From NCBI RefSeq assembly GCF_004010195.1, contig NC_057720.1, positions 20,576,448-20,640,447 of the forward strand: a stretch of 64,000 nucleotides of DNA, given 5' to 3'. The notes beneath the pieces are model-generated. The model was not told where the DNA came from and did no database searches. It saw only the letters and a program-made list of their open reading frames with translations. Position numbers and translations under genes: made by a program. This DNA is from Chiloscyllium plagiosum. Its lineage: Eukaryota. Each line of letters begins with the position of its first letter. Position 1 is the first letter of the stretch. Below, in pieces: positions 10,786 to 23,835 of this stretch.

Positions 10786-11947
10786 GGTCAATGACAGCAA
10801 ATACATGACACCACAACCTGCAAGTTTCCCTCTAAGCTACTCGCCATCGTAATTTGGAAATATAATGGTGCTCCTTCATAGTTGCTGGGTCAAAATCCTA
10901 AAACTCCCTTCCTAATAGCAGCATTAGTGCACCCAAGTGGACTGCAGCAGTTCAAGAAGGCAACTCACCACCACCTTCTTGCAGGCCCATTACAGATGGT
11001 CAATAAATACCAGTTTTGCCCAAAATGCCCACCTACCTAAGAACAAATACAACAAAATAGAAAAGGACAAAGTTGTTAAACAAACACAGATCCTGATTTT
11101 TGAAAGTTAATAGGACCGCTTCAGGATTATTGTGTTCCACACAAACAATTATGCTTCTTTAACACAAGCACTTATTTACAACAGAAGTTCTTAAACTTTC
11201 AGAATATGCTACTATTTACGCAAATTACATGATGTTGTCATAGATCTGAAACAAAAACAGTGAATGTTGGAAATATTTAGCAGGTCAAACACCGCCTGTG
11301 GAAAAAAACTGAGTTAAAGAACTGTTTCTAGTTGATAAAAAATTCAACATTGTTAGCACTTTCTATTTTTAATTACTTTCTGACTATGTAATATATTGGA
11401 AACTATGGCCAAGAAGATTGGCTGCATAGATTAGTCATTGTATTTTGGCATCATGCTTGGGTCACTTCTACACATTGGCTCGGTTATTGCGACTGGAGGG
11501 TGAAATGATTGTTTGGAAGAATAAGGAAGACAGTTGTATTATTTTACATTGCAAGACGGTTGGAAGAGCAGAACTTGGGGATCTGTGTGTGCAAGTCATT
11601 GACGATGGTAAGGCAGGTTGAAAATGCAGTTCACAAAACATATAGTATCTTAGACATTGGTACTCTGTGTTCTTACATCTAAAGCAAGAAAGTTGTTATA
11701 AACTTGTATATGACCTGGTTTCACCTCAACTGGAGTGTTGTATCTGGTTCCAATACTTTTAGAAGTATATGAAGACGTTAAAGAGCATGTAGAGATTAGA
11801 TTTGGGGATGAGGAACTAGGCTAGATTGGAGAAACTGGGGCTGTTCTGATTGGATGAGAGGCAATTTAGATGAGGTCTGACACTGTGCTAAAAATCCTCA
11901 TGTTGGTCTGCACAGTGTAGGTGGAAGGATATTACTTTAAAGTGACT

Positions 11948-12309
11948 TGTGTGATGATAAGAGGTGTATTTTGTCCTTTTTTTAATGAAGAGAGATTGAG
12001 ACAGAGGTATTGAGCACTCTGTTCCCACCCAATAAAGTAAACAGCTTGTATTGCCTTGGCCTATTTTTTAAAAGTTGCAACAATAGAAGCAGCCTGAATG
12101 GGTGGAGTTAAGCTCCCATAGAACCAGGATTTTTAGTTTTAGCATTCTGCAGTTGCTGGGATCTTGAAGCTGGATGTGGAAGCTCTTATTCCTCTCCCCG
12201 TCATAGCTAAAAGCTGGGGTTCTCTTCCTGCTGCTGGAATTGCAGAAAAAGTTAGGGTCTAAGTTATCTTCTTAATATATTTTGAGGAGCTTTGGTCTGA
12301 TCCATAACA
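11948..12309. mobile_element. Possible solo LTR-type insert within a degenerate CR1 (about 11560-12570)
   Basis: TG...CA ends (tgtgatgataagagg ... tccataaca) interrupting the CR1 ORF2 tail; no clear TSD. Confidence 0.35.
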
Positions 12310-12869
12310 CTAGTTAAAAAAAAATAGTAACAGGGACTTGATGTGAAATTATTGTATGCAGAAAGGGGTTAGGATTGGGAATGTACTGTCAGAGAGAGCA
12401 ATGAAGGCAGACTCAATCAAGGCTTTCAGAAGGAAATTGGGTAATTATCTGAAGAGAAAACAATTTACACATTTATGGGGAAAATGCCAGGGAATGGGAC
12501 TAAGTGAGTTGCTCTTACAGAAAGCTGACAGACACTATGGGCTGAATGGTCCTATCTGTGCTGTACCTCTTTTGTGGTTCCAAGCTCCTATGGAATCCAT
12601 TATCAGCTTGCACATCCAGCAATTTGAGGCAGGTAACATTTTTGACACGTGAGGTGGGCAAATAATTTAGCTTACTCTAACCCATCCAATTAGCCAACTC
12701 CAGCAAATTCAGTCAGGATTTCCTGCATACTTTTAAAACAGGCTAACGCTTTGAATTGTTAATGATTCCAAACAACACAATATCTGATGGATTTACATAA
12801 AAAATTAATTTCAAAATGGTTCTGGCACTGTACCTTTCGTTACCATTGCAGGTGTTAACTAAATTGCAT

Positions 12870-13061
12870 AAAATGAAACAAAGAACTGCGGATGCTGAAA
12901 ATCTGTAACAAGAACAGAAATTGCTGATGAAACTCAGCAGGTCTGGCAGTACTCAGCAGAGTTAAAGTTTTGAGTCCGGTGATGCTCATTGGAACTGATA
13001 GCAGTAAGGAAAAGGTGGCATTTATGGTGAAGATAGAGTTGGGGGCAGATAGATGGAGATG

Positions 13062-13099
<38 letters not shown>

Positions 13100-13645
13100 A
13101 AGGGGTAGGCAATCAAGGGGATTATTGGTAGCAACCCAGGATAGAAAAGAAGCTGAATAAGTGACAGTGAGAGCTAAAATGGGAGGGAATATGCTGAGCT
13201 GAAAATGTGTTGCTGGAAAAGCGTAGCAGGTCAGGCAGCATCCAGGGAACAGGAGAATCAACATTTCGGGCATAAGCCCTTCTTCAGGAATGATTCCTGA
13301 TGAAGGGCTTTTGCCTGAAAACATCAATTTTCCTGCTCCTCGCATGCTGCCTGACCTGCTGTGCTTTTCCAGCACCACTCTAATCTTGACTCTGATCTCC
13401 AACATCTGCAGTACTCATTTTCGCCATGTCATGACAGGACCAAGGTGTGGGTGTGGGTAAAAAGCGTGGAAGGATGTAATCCGTTTATAAATTTGTTGAA
13501 CTCGATGTTGTGTTGTAAAGACTCCAGGATCCCAAGTGGAAAATGAGATGCTATTCATTGAACTTATGCTGAGGCTGGAAGTGGTAGAGCACTGCAACAG
13601 GCCCAAGACAGAAATGTTGGCATGGGAACGTGCAATGTCCATTGT
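12870..13645 (-). mobile_element. PLE 3' end (family D) with nested family B fold-back element (about 13195-13425)
   Basis: Minus-strand SHANISVLGLLQCS... GIY-YIG tail remnant and pLTR block aaactcagcaggtctggcag. The nested element has back-to-back hammerhead cores at 13258-13290 (-) and 13293-13327 (+, decayed). Confidence 0.7.
13066..13096. repeat. (GA)n microsatellite
   Basis: Run of about 15 AG units. Confidence 0.95.
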
Positions 13646-13756
13646 TTATATAATTTTCTCAAAATGTACTAAAGCTCAGAGTAAATGTTGTAGAAAAGAT
13701 TAGTTTTGAATCAATCAGTGGCCTTTTCTTGTATTAAAATTGATGTTTTATTTCAG

Positions 13757-13861
13757 GTATCTGATGAAGGTATATCTCATAGAGAATGGCGACCACAGAT
13801 TTATCGGAGATGCACAGATCTCCTATGGCTCATTATCTTCTGTCTGTTTTGGGGTGGAATG
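13757..13861 (+). CDS. SLC44A3: SLC44A3 coding exon 2 (VSDEGISHREWRPQIYRRCTDLLWLIIFCLFWGGM; TM1)
   Basis: tttcag| acceptor, |gtgagt donor, 105 nt. REWRPQIYRxCTD matches CTL3 rather than CTL1 (REWKPLEDRSCTD). Confidence 0.95.
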
Positions 13862-13919
13862 GTGAGTATATTGCAATCCAAGCAGACAGCAAAAATGTAT
13901 TGTTCAGCCAAAATCAGCA

Positions 13920-14112
13920 GAGAGTCATACAGCACTGAAGCAGATCCATCGGTCCAAATAGTTCTCACTGACCATGTTCCCAAACTAAACTAGTGCAACC
14001 TGTCTGCGCTTGGCCTATATCCCTCCAAACCTGCACTTCATGTACTTAGTCAAATGTCTTTTAAACATTGTAACTGTACCTGCATCCGCTACTTCCTCTA
14101 GCAGTTCACTCC
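13920..14112 (-). mobile_element. HER1/CR1 3' UTR fragment just downstream of exon 2
   Basis: agagtcatacagcac...catatccctccaaacc...aatgtcttttaaac, matching the other CR1 tails. Confidence 0.75.
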
Positions 14113-14399
14113 ACCCATGAACCAGTATCTTTTCCCACTCTGTCAGAGGGTACAACTCCTGGACATATCTCACTCATCCACTTACCCCTTTGGCCAGTGT
14201 GCATTATGGGTATTTGGTGCCATGATGCCTGTTTTACAAGGTCAGCCACTTTACCTACACTCACAGTGGTGAAGCAAGGCGCTATCCAAACATCAAATTT
14301 TAAAGCACAGAGCATTGTAGGAGTCTGAAAATCTTTCCATTGCGAGTGGTGAAGACAATGTCATTTTTTTTAAAAGATGAAATTTTTAATCTTTTTGTG

Positions 14400-16195
14400 A
14401 AGTGGGGGAACATGCAGAGTAGAGAAACAGTTTAGTTTGGCTTGTTGGTTTGTTCATACAAGGGGGAACAGGAGAGAGCAAAAATTATTAGCAGCAGCGA
14501 TGTGTCGGGAGAGAGCAAATTAGACAGGAAATGGGGGATACAGAAGCTGAGCAAATCCAGAGACAGCAAGTTAAACAAAGAGCAGGAATCCAGCAGAGAG
14601 ACATCAGGAGAGAGGAATGTGTGTTTGGAAAGTAAAATTAAGGTGTGATATTGGAGGAAATCAGGTAAGCGATTAGCTGGTGGGTATTTCCATTTCACTG
14701 TTATCCAAACTAGGACATTTCAATCTAAAAAATGAATAAGACATTAAGCAGTCACAATAAGTAACAAGAGTAACTAGTGAGTACTGTCTTTTGAAGTATT
14801 ATTTAGTTTTACTGGTGAGGTATGTTAAGCATTAAACTGCTGGAATTTGTGAATTGTAAAATTTTAACAACATTGAATTATGCAGTCACCCAGTGGAACT
14901 TTGACCTTGGTAGTTAAGACCAACTTAACTTTAATAGTTTCAGTTATTATAGGAACTAGTAGTAATGTTAAAAACAGAGGAAAATAAATAATTTAATAAA
15001 ATAACTAAAACTATTCGGCAGGGCAGGGTAGGTGATGTGTTGTAGTTAGGGAGCTCCTGGACATCAGCGTGATCCACAACAAACACGTCAGCAGTTCAGT
15101 GTTTACAGCTCAAATGGTTTTGGCTCAAGAGTTCATGAGTCGGAGGCTGAACCTCAGATATTGTGACATCACTAGGGAGGGGGAGAATTACCTGAATGTT
15201 TTGTACAGGGAGCAGGTCACATCCCTTATGTGAGGGTCTTCGGGTTTGGTCACTGATCAGACAATAGAGAGTGTGATTGCAAATCAGGCTCATAAAGAGA
15301 CACAGAGGACAGAAGTCTTGACCTTTGCAGTTGTCCAATAGATTTGAGGTTCATTCAGCTTGTGAGAACAAGGGCTGAAAGTAAGGTGAGGTAATTGACC
15401 ATAACACCATTGTACAGGAAGTCATGCAAATGGGGTCAGCAAAAAGGACTATAGCGGTAGTGGGGGACAGTGGGGTGAAGGGTTTTGACAATGTTCTGTG
15501 CAGCAAAGAGCCAAAGAAACATGTTGTCCTCCCGGTGCCATGGGTTGGGAGCTCTGCTCTGGATTGGAGGATTCAAGCTATTGTGATCTCTGTAGGGACC
15601 AATGATGCAGCTGCACAAGGAAAGATGTCCTGCAGAGCCAATATGAGAAACTAGGCATCAAACTGAAGAGCAGAATCTCAAAGGCGATCATCTCTGGGTT
15701 GTTACCTGAGGCACTTATGAATTGGCATAAGGCAAATCAGATTAGAGAGGTAAATGTGTGGCTGTAAGACTGGCGTGGGAGAAGAGGGTTCCAGTTCGTG
15801 GGGTACTGCCACCAGCTTGGGACAGTCTGCACCTGAACCACGCAGGGGCATTGTTCTAGTGAGCTGCATAACTGGGGAAGTAGAGAAGGTTTTCACAGAG
15901 GGGCAAGGTTTCAATTTTAGGGGAAATATGGTAGTTCAATGAATACAAACAAGGCAAATGAGAAAGGTATTAATTGAGGAAATGATAAACGGACAATGTT
16001 AGGAAAGAGTACACTAGAAATCTAGGGTAAATCAGCAGATAAGAATGGAGGTTCCAAAATAAGATGATAAAACTAAAAGCTCTGTATCTGAATGTGCAAT
16101 AACATTCACAATAAAACAGATGAACTCATCGTGCAAATTGAAATACATAAGTATGACCTCCTGTTATTAAAGACATATGGCTGAACATTACCATA
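14400..16195 (+). mobile_element. 5' part of a CR1 LINE: UTR, ORF1 with SGNH/GDSL esterase domain, start of ORF2
   Basis: VVGDSGVKGFDNVLC and SVGTND esterase blocks (15424-15654); ORF2 start LKALYLN...IHNKTDELIVQIEIHKYD at about 16070-16160; frameshifted. Confidence 0.7.
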
Positions 16196-16197
16196 GA

Positions 16198-16778
16198 TTG
16201 TCACAGAATCCTACAGCACGAAAACAGACCCTTCAGACCAACTTGTCCATGCTGACCAGATTTCCTGAATTAATCTAGTCCCATTTCCCAGCGTCTAGCC
16301 CATATCCCTCAAAACTGTTCATATTCATATAACGATCCAGGCGCCTTTTAAATGTTGTAGTTTTCCAGCCTTCACCATTTCCTATGGCAGCTCATTCCAT
16401 ACATGCACCATCCGCTGCATGAAGAAATTGCCCCTTGGGTCCCTTTTAAATCTTTCCCCTCTCACTGTAAACCTATGCTCTCTAGTTTTGGTTCTCCCAC
16501 CCTGGGAAAAGATCTGGGCTATTCACCTTTTCCATTGCCCTCATGATTTTATAAACCTCTATAAGGTCACCTCTCGGCCTGTGATGCTCTGGAGAAAATG
16601 GCCCCAGTCTATTCGGCCCCTCTTGGTAAAACTACCAACCCCGGCAACACCTTTGTAAATCTTTTCTGAACCTTTTCAAGTTTAACAACATCCTTCCTAT
16701 AGCAGGGAGACCAGAATTGAAAGCAGTGTTCCAAAAGTGGCCTAACCAATCACCTGTACAGCCACAACATGACCTCCC
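16198..16778 (-). mobile_element. HER1/CR1 LINE 3' end
   Basis: Colinear with the copies at 19315-20183 and 20950-21480. Confidence 0.85.
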
Positions 16779-17059
16779 AGACAAATGTTGAAGGATAGGA
16801 CAGAATATAGAAGAAGTAACGTGAACATGACAAAAAGGCATCATGGTGTTTTGGGGATGCAGGGGGTATTTAATTTATACACAGGAACAAAAATTAGATT
16901 ACAGAAAAAGCAAGCTAGAAACATAAGAAAAGATAGTAAAATGCCAGAAGGGGGCCTCCAATTACAAAGTTGCCCTCAAGAAAATCTCAGGCCTTCAAAA
17001 ACAAAACTTAATTAGTTTCCTGACCTTGCCTGTACTTACAAAATGAATTTAAATGTGAT

Positions 17060-17530
17060 GTGAAGGACTTTGACTTCATCTGCCCTCTATTTCCTAACTC
17101 AAATCAAACTCCTTCCTCTATCACCCTACACTCGCTGACCAACACTAGCCACTGGTCAACCTATGCCCTGATTTTAATGTTAACATCTTTTTCAAATCCC
17201 TCCCCTCCCTATGTTTACAATCTCTTCCAGTCCCATACCCTGTGGAGTGCTGCTCAATTTCTGGCCTTGCACATCCCTGATATTCCAACATTGTGGCATG
17301 TCTGCAACTGCTGGGGAGCTAAGTTATGGAATTCCTTCACTTCTGAGCTCTCTGTTCTATTATTCCAATTTCCCACTTTGAGCCTCTTATTAAAACCTAC
17401 TCCTTTGAGCGAGCTTTGAGCTGGCTTAATATCATCTTACGTGCCTCAGTGTCAAACTTTGTTTGTTATCATTGCTATGAAGTGTCTTGTGCCGGTTATT
17501 CTATGTTAAAACACTATTTGAATACAAGTT
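17060..17530 (+). mobile_element. Degenerate L2-like LINE 3' end
   Basis: atcaccctacactcgctgacc...aagttatggaattccttc...aaacactatttgaatacaagt resembles an L2 ORF2 end and tail. Confidence 0.4.
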
Positions 17531-17697
17531 AGGTAATTAATTATAATCCAGCAATTCCCACCCCCCCCCAACATGGATTGGTAGTCTTTGCAGATTGAGG
17601 TTCCATGATGGACGTGGACCCAGCTTCAGTTTTACATGGTTGGTCCATTGAAGTCCAACTCCATATTAAAATGGCCTTATGTGACATATTGTATCTT

Positions 17698-17900
17698 CAT
17701 AGTCTTACCAGACCATAGGGCTGCTCTCTCATCAGAGAGAGATGACTGATGGTGATTTAACCTGAGGGCCACCATATCTCAGGGAAGGGAAGAGGTTGAG
17801 AAGGAGAGTCCTTTATGGAAACCTCAGCCACTGATGGGAATTGAACTCACATTATTGGCATCACACTGCTTCACAAACCAACTATCCAACCAAGCTAAAG
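17698..17900 (-). mobile_element. tRNA-derived SINE (family with ctcaggttaaa...aatgagagag...ctatgg tail)
   Basis: Reverse complement has B box gagttcaattcc; homologous + copy at 35875-36085. Confidence 0.6.
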
Positions 17901-19312
17901 TGACCTCAATCTTTGAAGTATCAGCAGGAGACTACCTCATGGATCCTGTAAGTTTTAAACATTTCTGTGACACCAGGAAGGGCATGAATGTTTTGCCTTC
18001 ATACCTGAGCACTCCTCCCCCAGAGAAATCATCCTATCTTTGCACCAACACCCCATCTCCCCACTGTCACCAGCCTTTGCTTTAATGAAGTTAAGGTGTT
18101 CCACCTGTCTTGCATTCTCTTTGTAGACTGTTCACAAATGAAACATTCTGTCAAAATTGATGTCATGGCAAAAACAACTCAGGTTTTGGGCAAAGGTAAT
18201 GTACTTATCTCAGAGGGGCTGTTGTGGTTTGTTTATTCACATAACCATGTAAACACTTGAAATTCTTTCTGCACTGGCTGTGCCAAAAAAAATACAAGGA
18301 AGCATTGAGAATGCAGGTTTAGTGGATGTTGTTCATTGTTTTTTGTAAGGTGTTTACTTCAGAATAATAATCAATCTCCTGTCTTTATATAGTTCCCTCG
18401 CCCCTCCCCCCACTACCGAAAGCTTATATTAATTTAATATAGAAGAACGTTAATTAGTTTGTGAGGTAGTTATTTTAAAGAGAATCAGAAAGGTGTGAGG
18501 CTCTAACCAAAAAGACAAGTAACCCTGGAATTTTGAGCAGCTGGTCACCTGATTCTAGTACACTGAGTATTTGAGGAATGTACGTGCCTGGATGGTAATG
18601 ATAACTAATTCATCTTTGTCTCATTGCTACGCCCTTTGTTCTGTTTCGGCTTGTCACTTCAACCATATCAAAACCTTTCAGGCAGGACATTCCACATTGC
18701 AACAACTCACTATGTGGAAAAGTCAATTCTTCTCACCTCCCCAGTTCAATTTCTTACATCACTTATCTTATCTTGGTTGAGTCCCTTGGATTGTCATCTT
18801 CATATGGAAGTGAGACATAAAACAGCAAGGATTTCTAGTCAGTTATCTCCACTGAAAAATGGACATATAAGGATGTGCAGTGAGGACAGATTGGGCTTGA
18901 TACCTTTTGGTGGAATAATCAATCAAAAAATCATCTCAGTTTATGCATGCAGTTCTGCTATAATACGGCTTTCATTAATATGAATTTGCTGTAACGCAAT
19001 TGACACATTGGGAACATGGTTTCTAAAGTGTAAACTTTTAAAGCTTGTGTTGGTTATAGTGCGATTCCGATCCCATTAACATGAACACAAGTTACTATCC
19101 TCGAAAGAGGAAGAAATGGCACCATGAATTGGTATAATGTCCTTGTTTGTTAAAGTGGGATCCTCATTTTCATCTGCATGTATCCTGTCCAATTCTATTC
19201 TATTTTGCATAAGTGCATTTAATCAAGTAGTGACAGTGTTTGCACCTCCATGTAAAGCCACCTCCAATTACAATTACATGTCTTTAAATCCACGCATTTG
19301 TGTTCTGGAAGT

Positions 19313-20183
19313 TATAGAGTCATTGAGTCATTGGGAACAGACCCTTCAGTCTAACTCATCTATGCCGACCAGATATCCTAATTTAATCTAGTCCAATTTG
19401 CCAGCATTTGGCCCATATCCCTCTAAACCCTTCTTATTCATATATCCATCCAAATGCCTTTTAAATGTTGTAATTGTATCAGACTACACCACTTCCTCTG
19501 GCAGCTCATTCCATACACACACCATGCTCTGTGTGAAAACGTTGTCCCTTAAGTCCCTTTTAAATCTTTCCCCTCTCGCCTTAAACCTATGCCCTCTAGT
19601 TTTGGACCCTTCTATCCTGGGGAAAAGACCTTGTCTATTTACCCTATCCATGCACCTCATGATTTTATAAACCTCTTTATGATTCACCCCTCAGCCTCCA
19701 ATGCTCTAGGGAAAATAGCCTCAGCTATTTAGCCTCTCTCTATAGCTCAAGTCCTCCAACCCTGGCAACATCCTTGTAAAGCTTTTCTGAACCCTTTCAA
19801 GTTTCACAACATTCTTCCGATAGCAGATAGACCACAACTAAATGCAATATTCCAAAACTGGCCTAAACAATATCCTGACCAATAAAGGCAAGCATATCAA
19901 ATGCCTTCTTCACTACCCTGTCTATCTGTGAGTTTACTTTCAATGAACTATGAGCCTGCACTCCAAGGTCTTTTTGTTCAGCAACACTCCCCAGGACCTT
20001 ACCATTGAGTCCTGCCCTGATTTGCCTTTCCAAAGTGCAGCACCTCACATTTATCTAAATTAAACTCCATCTTCCACTCCTTGGTGCACCAGCCCATCTG
20101 ATCAAGGTCCAATTGTATTCTGAGGTAACCTTCTTAGCTGTCCATTACACCTCCAATTTTGGTGTCATCTGCAAACTTACTAA
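19313..20183 (-). mobile_element. HER1/CR1 LINE 3' end (about 870 bp)
   Basis: Minus ORFs VYKIMRCMDRVNRQGLFPR...WNELPEEVV and KDLGVQAHSSLKV; ends at skfADDTK (agtttgcagatgacacc). Confidence 0.9.
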
Positions 20184-20949
20184 GTTGATAAGTATTTTAC
20201 TCTTCAGCATTATCTTGTTTACGGGGGGACTGACATCTCCTCACACAAAAGTGGGATAATTGGCTTTCAATTTATTTTATTAATGTCTTCAGTAGTAAAG
20301 GAGAAACTATTCTTTGCCATTCACCCTCAACATTTATTTTAGTGGGTGTAGTCAGGGATACCTGGGTAATTCCCCTGCTTATCCTTAAATCAGTGCAATG
20401 GGATCATCCATACTCTGTGATCCATTGACCTGTAAAGTGTCTTACCTATGAGTGTGATACGCAGGCATAGTACAATGATCTTAGTAACAGGGTGGAAGGA
20501 TGTTTGCTGATATTTATTGTGTATTAGGTGGTTGAACTCTTACTTAGCATATGCTCCATAACCAAAGCTCAGCCGATAATGTATGTGTTACAATCCCTGT
20601 TGATGACAATGCTGGACATGTCAGATCACAGACTGAGACCTGACTTAGGGCATAATTCTTTTTTTGTTTACCATGGAATTGAACAAATTCACAAGAGGCT
20701 GCCAGTGTACTATTAACAGAAGAACAAAGAACGCAAACTGAATTGGTCATGAGATAGTTAAACATTGAGAGCATTTTAGTAGAGGTAGTGTTAGTACTTT
20801 CAGTGCTGGTAACATTGAGGTTGGTAGTTGAACAGCCATTTCTGTTAAGTGGTTACACCAGTCTTTTACCCGAGAGGCAGGACTGTATGTGCAACATATC
20901 TACTCACATTATAGGGAATCCTGCCTTTAATGTAAACTCAGTTGGAGTA

Positions 20950-21480
20950 AAGTCATAGAGATGGCATGGAAACAGGCCATTCAGTCCAACTCGTCCATGC
21001 CCAGCAGATTTCCAGTCCCATTTACCAGCCCTTGGCCCATATCCCTCTAAGCTCTTCCTATTGATATACCCATCCAGATGCCTTTTAAATGTTGTAATTG
21101 GACCAGCCTCTACCACTTTCTCTGGCAGCTCATTCCATACATGCACTGCCCTCTGCGTGAAAAAGTTGCCCTTTAGGTCCCTTTTAAATTTTTCCCCTCC
21201 CACCCTAAACCTATGCACTCTAATTCTGGACTCCCCCACCCTCGGGAAAATATCTTGTCTATTTATCCTATCCATGACCCTCATGATTTTATAAAACTCT
21301 ATAAGGTCACCCCTCAGCCTCCGACACTCCAGGAAAAACAGCCCCAGCCTGTTCAGCTTCTCCCTAAAGCTCAAATCCTCTAACTCTGGCAACATCCTTG
21401 TAAATCTTTCTGAACTGTTTCAAGTTTTACAACATTCTTCCAAGAGGAGGGGGACCAGAATTGCAAACAATATTCCAAAG
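20950..21480 (-). mobile_element. HER1/CR1 LINE 3' end
   Basis: ORF 20904-21395: RLGLFFLECRRLRGDLIEFYKIMR...WNELPEKVVEAGPITTFKRHLD. Confidence 0.9.
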
Positions 21481-23327
21481 GTTTGCTCAATTTATCCAAG
21501 TATTTCCATGTGAATTTTGTCAAAGTTATATATGAACAATTGTCAAGCTCAGTGAAAGAGAAATGTGGTTTTCTGATCATTGAGAAATGTGATCATCAGA
21601 AGAGCTATGGGAGGGTATTGTCAAATAAAAGGATGATGGACCCAGTTTGTTGATGATGAGATCAAGCCAAGGGTTAAGGAATTGTCTGGAACCCTTAATG
21701 AATGTTCTTGTCGGGATATTGACTCAGTACAGCCTGTTTCATCTCAAAGTCAAGGACATATAAAGCTTTTGTTGTTCTTTGAAACTGGTTTGTGTTTCAA
21801 AACTATGTATTACCACATCCTAAATTTCAAACAAATTATACAAATGAAAGGAAAATGAATAAATCCAGTTTAACTGGGTTTACATTTTTGCGTTTGGAGT
21901 ATTAACATTATTTATTACCAGAAATTCTTGAGAGAGAGAGAGGGAATTAATCTAATGGTTTCTGACCAAGCAAAGCAATCACTCTCAAACATTTGCCTTG
22001 TCAATTTTTATTCATTGTGGATATGATGAAACATTAATTAAGTAAGTTTAGTTCACATGCACTATTCACCATGTTAGGTAAGGACCCAAGAAATAACTAA
22101 TTCCATAAAATTAAGGGACTATGTCACTGATATATTGAAAGATTTTTAAGGCTATTCCTGTATTTGCAGCCAGTCTGTTTGGTTTATTATATTATTACTG
22201 AACATTACAGTCCAGCATTACAATTGCAATCCCTGATTTCTACGAATAATTTGAAGAAAAGGAAAGCACCTTATAGTTAGAAGTTTTGCTAAAACTTCAA
22301 GATGTCTTATTGCTTTAAGTAATTATTTGCCACTAAGTTGCTGTGTTATTGCACTCAGATCGCTTATTATATTCTTAGAATATGACCTATACTTTATAAA
22401 CTCAAACCATATCCTATGAGAAAGTCATTACCCTGAGGCTACTAAAAATGGAGCTAGTATCTAAAGGTAAATTACAACATTCAGCTTTGGATGATGCAGC
22501 CCTTGGGTCAATGACTTACCCACTTGAGCTCTTAGCATAGCTAGTATTCTTAAAGCTCTTTGGTTCCCGTTGTTAATTTTTTCCATCAGGTTACTCACGA
22601 AGGAATGGATGTGTGAGGTATCTGACTGTTTTCAGTATGCTGAGCTAATTAGGTACAGAGAGTCATTGTGGGGTACAATCAAGCCTGATCTAAATTTTCT
22701 TCTTCTTAATGGCCCTCCTCAAAAACATTATAAATACAAAACTGAAAAGTAGTATGACTGAAAATGAATCTGTGGTACGCCACGTATATCTTATCACTAT
22801 GGGCTTGAACTGTCTACTCCATGTTCTGCTTATTATAAGGTCAACCACCCTTCCATACAGAATAAGAAACAAGCATAATTATCTCCAAAGACCAGGCACA
22901 GATTGCAGTCACCATTTACTGATGTATGGTTGAATTCACAATTAAACTAATTGGTTTCACATTCCAATGAGCTACCCAGGAAATCTTCTATTTTTAAAGG
23001 GGATCTGTTTTATTTCATTTTTGAAAAAAATCAAACAAGTGCGTGGAAAGTTAGTAAATTGCAATTTTTTGTGACTCTTTGTCCTTAAGCAAGTGCACAG
23101 CTCACTATCACAACTCATGGTTACGTAGAGTAGCTCATCTGTGGTGAACCTGAATGTTTTTGACATTAAAGTTCTCTGGTAGTTTAAAGTTGCCGCTTCT
23201 GGAAACATTCCTGTTATATTTCCCTTAATTCCACTTAAAGCTTAAAGACAACTACACCTTCAAACTGACTCTATATTTGTTTGATTCATTCATTCATTAC
23301 AATATACATTCAACTAAGACTCTTTAG

Positions 23328-23835
23328 GGAGGTACAGTGACTCAGTGGTTAGCATTGAGGACCTGGGTTCAATTCCACCCTTGGGTGCATATCTGTGTGG
23401 AGTTCGCACGTTCTCCCCGTGTCTCTGTGGATTTCCTTTGGGTACTCCAGTTTCCTCCCACAGTGCAAAGGTGTGCAGGCTATGTGCACTGGCCATGGGA
23501 AACGCATGAGTAGAGGGCTGGGTGGGATGTTTTTCAGAGAATCAGTGTGGATTCAATTGGCTGAATGGCCTGCTTACATACTGTAGGGACTCTATTATTG
23601 TGAGGGCTAACTTTTTCATGCAGAGGGTGGTGCGTGTATGGACCGAGCTGCCAGCGGAGGTGATGAAGGTGGGTACAACTGTAGCATTTAAAAAGCATCT
23701 GGATGGTTACATGAATAGAAGGGGTTAGAGAATATGGGTCAATTGCTGTCATATGGGACTAGATTGGTTTAGGATATCTGGTTGACACGACAGAGTCGGA
23801 TTGAAAGGTCTGTTTCCGTGCTGTTGACTCTATAA
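23328..23835 (+). mobile_element. Degenerate HE1 SINE followed directly by a HER1/CR1 3' end
   Basis: cagtggttagc...gggttcaattcc...tgtggagttcgcac; from about 23600 FFMQRVVRVWTELPAEV plus tail. Confidence 0.8.

Noticed and set aside
18950..19080. Possible Tigger/pogo-like terminal repeat (cagttctgctataatacg)
   Set aside because: No matching second terminus or TSD found by eye.
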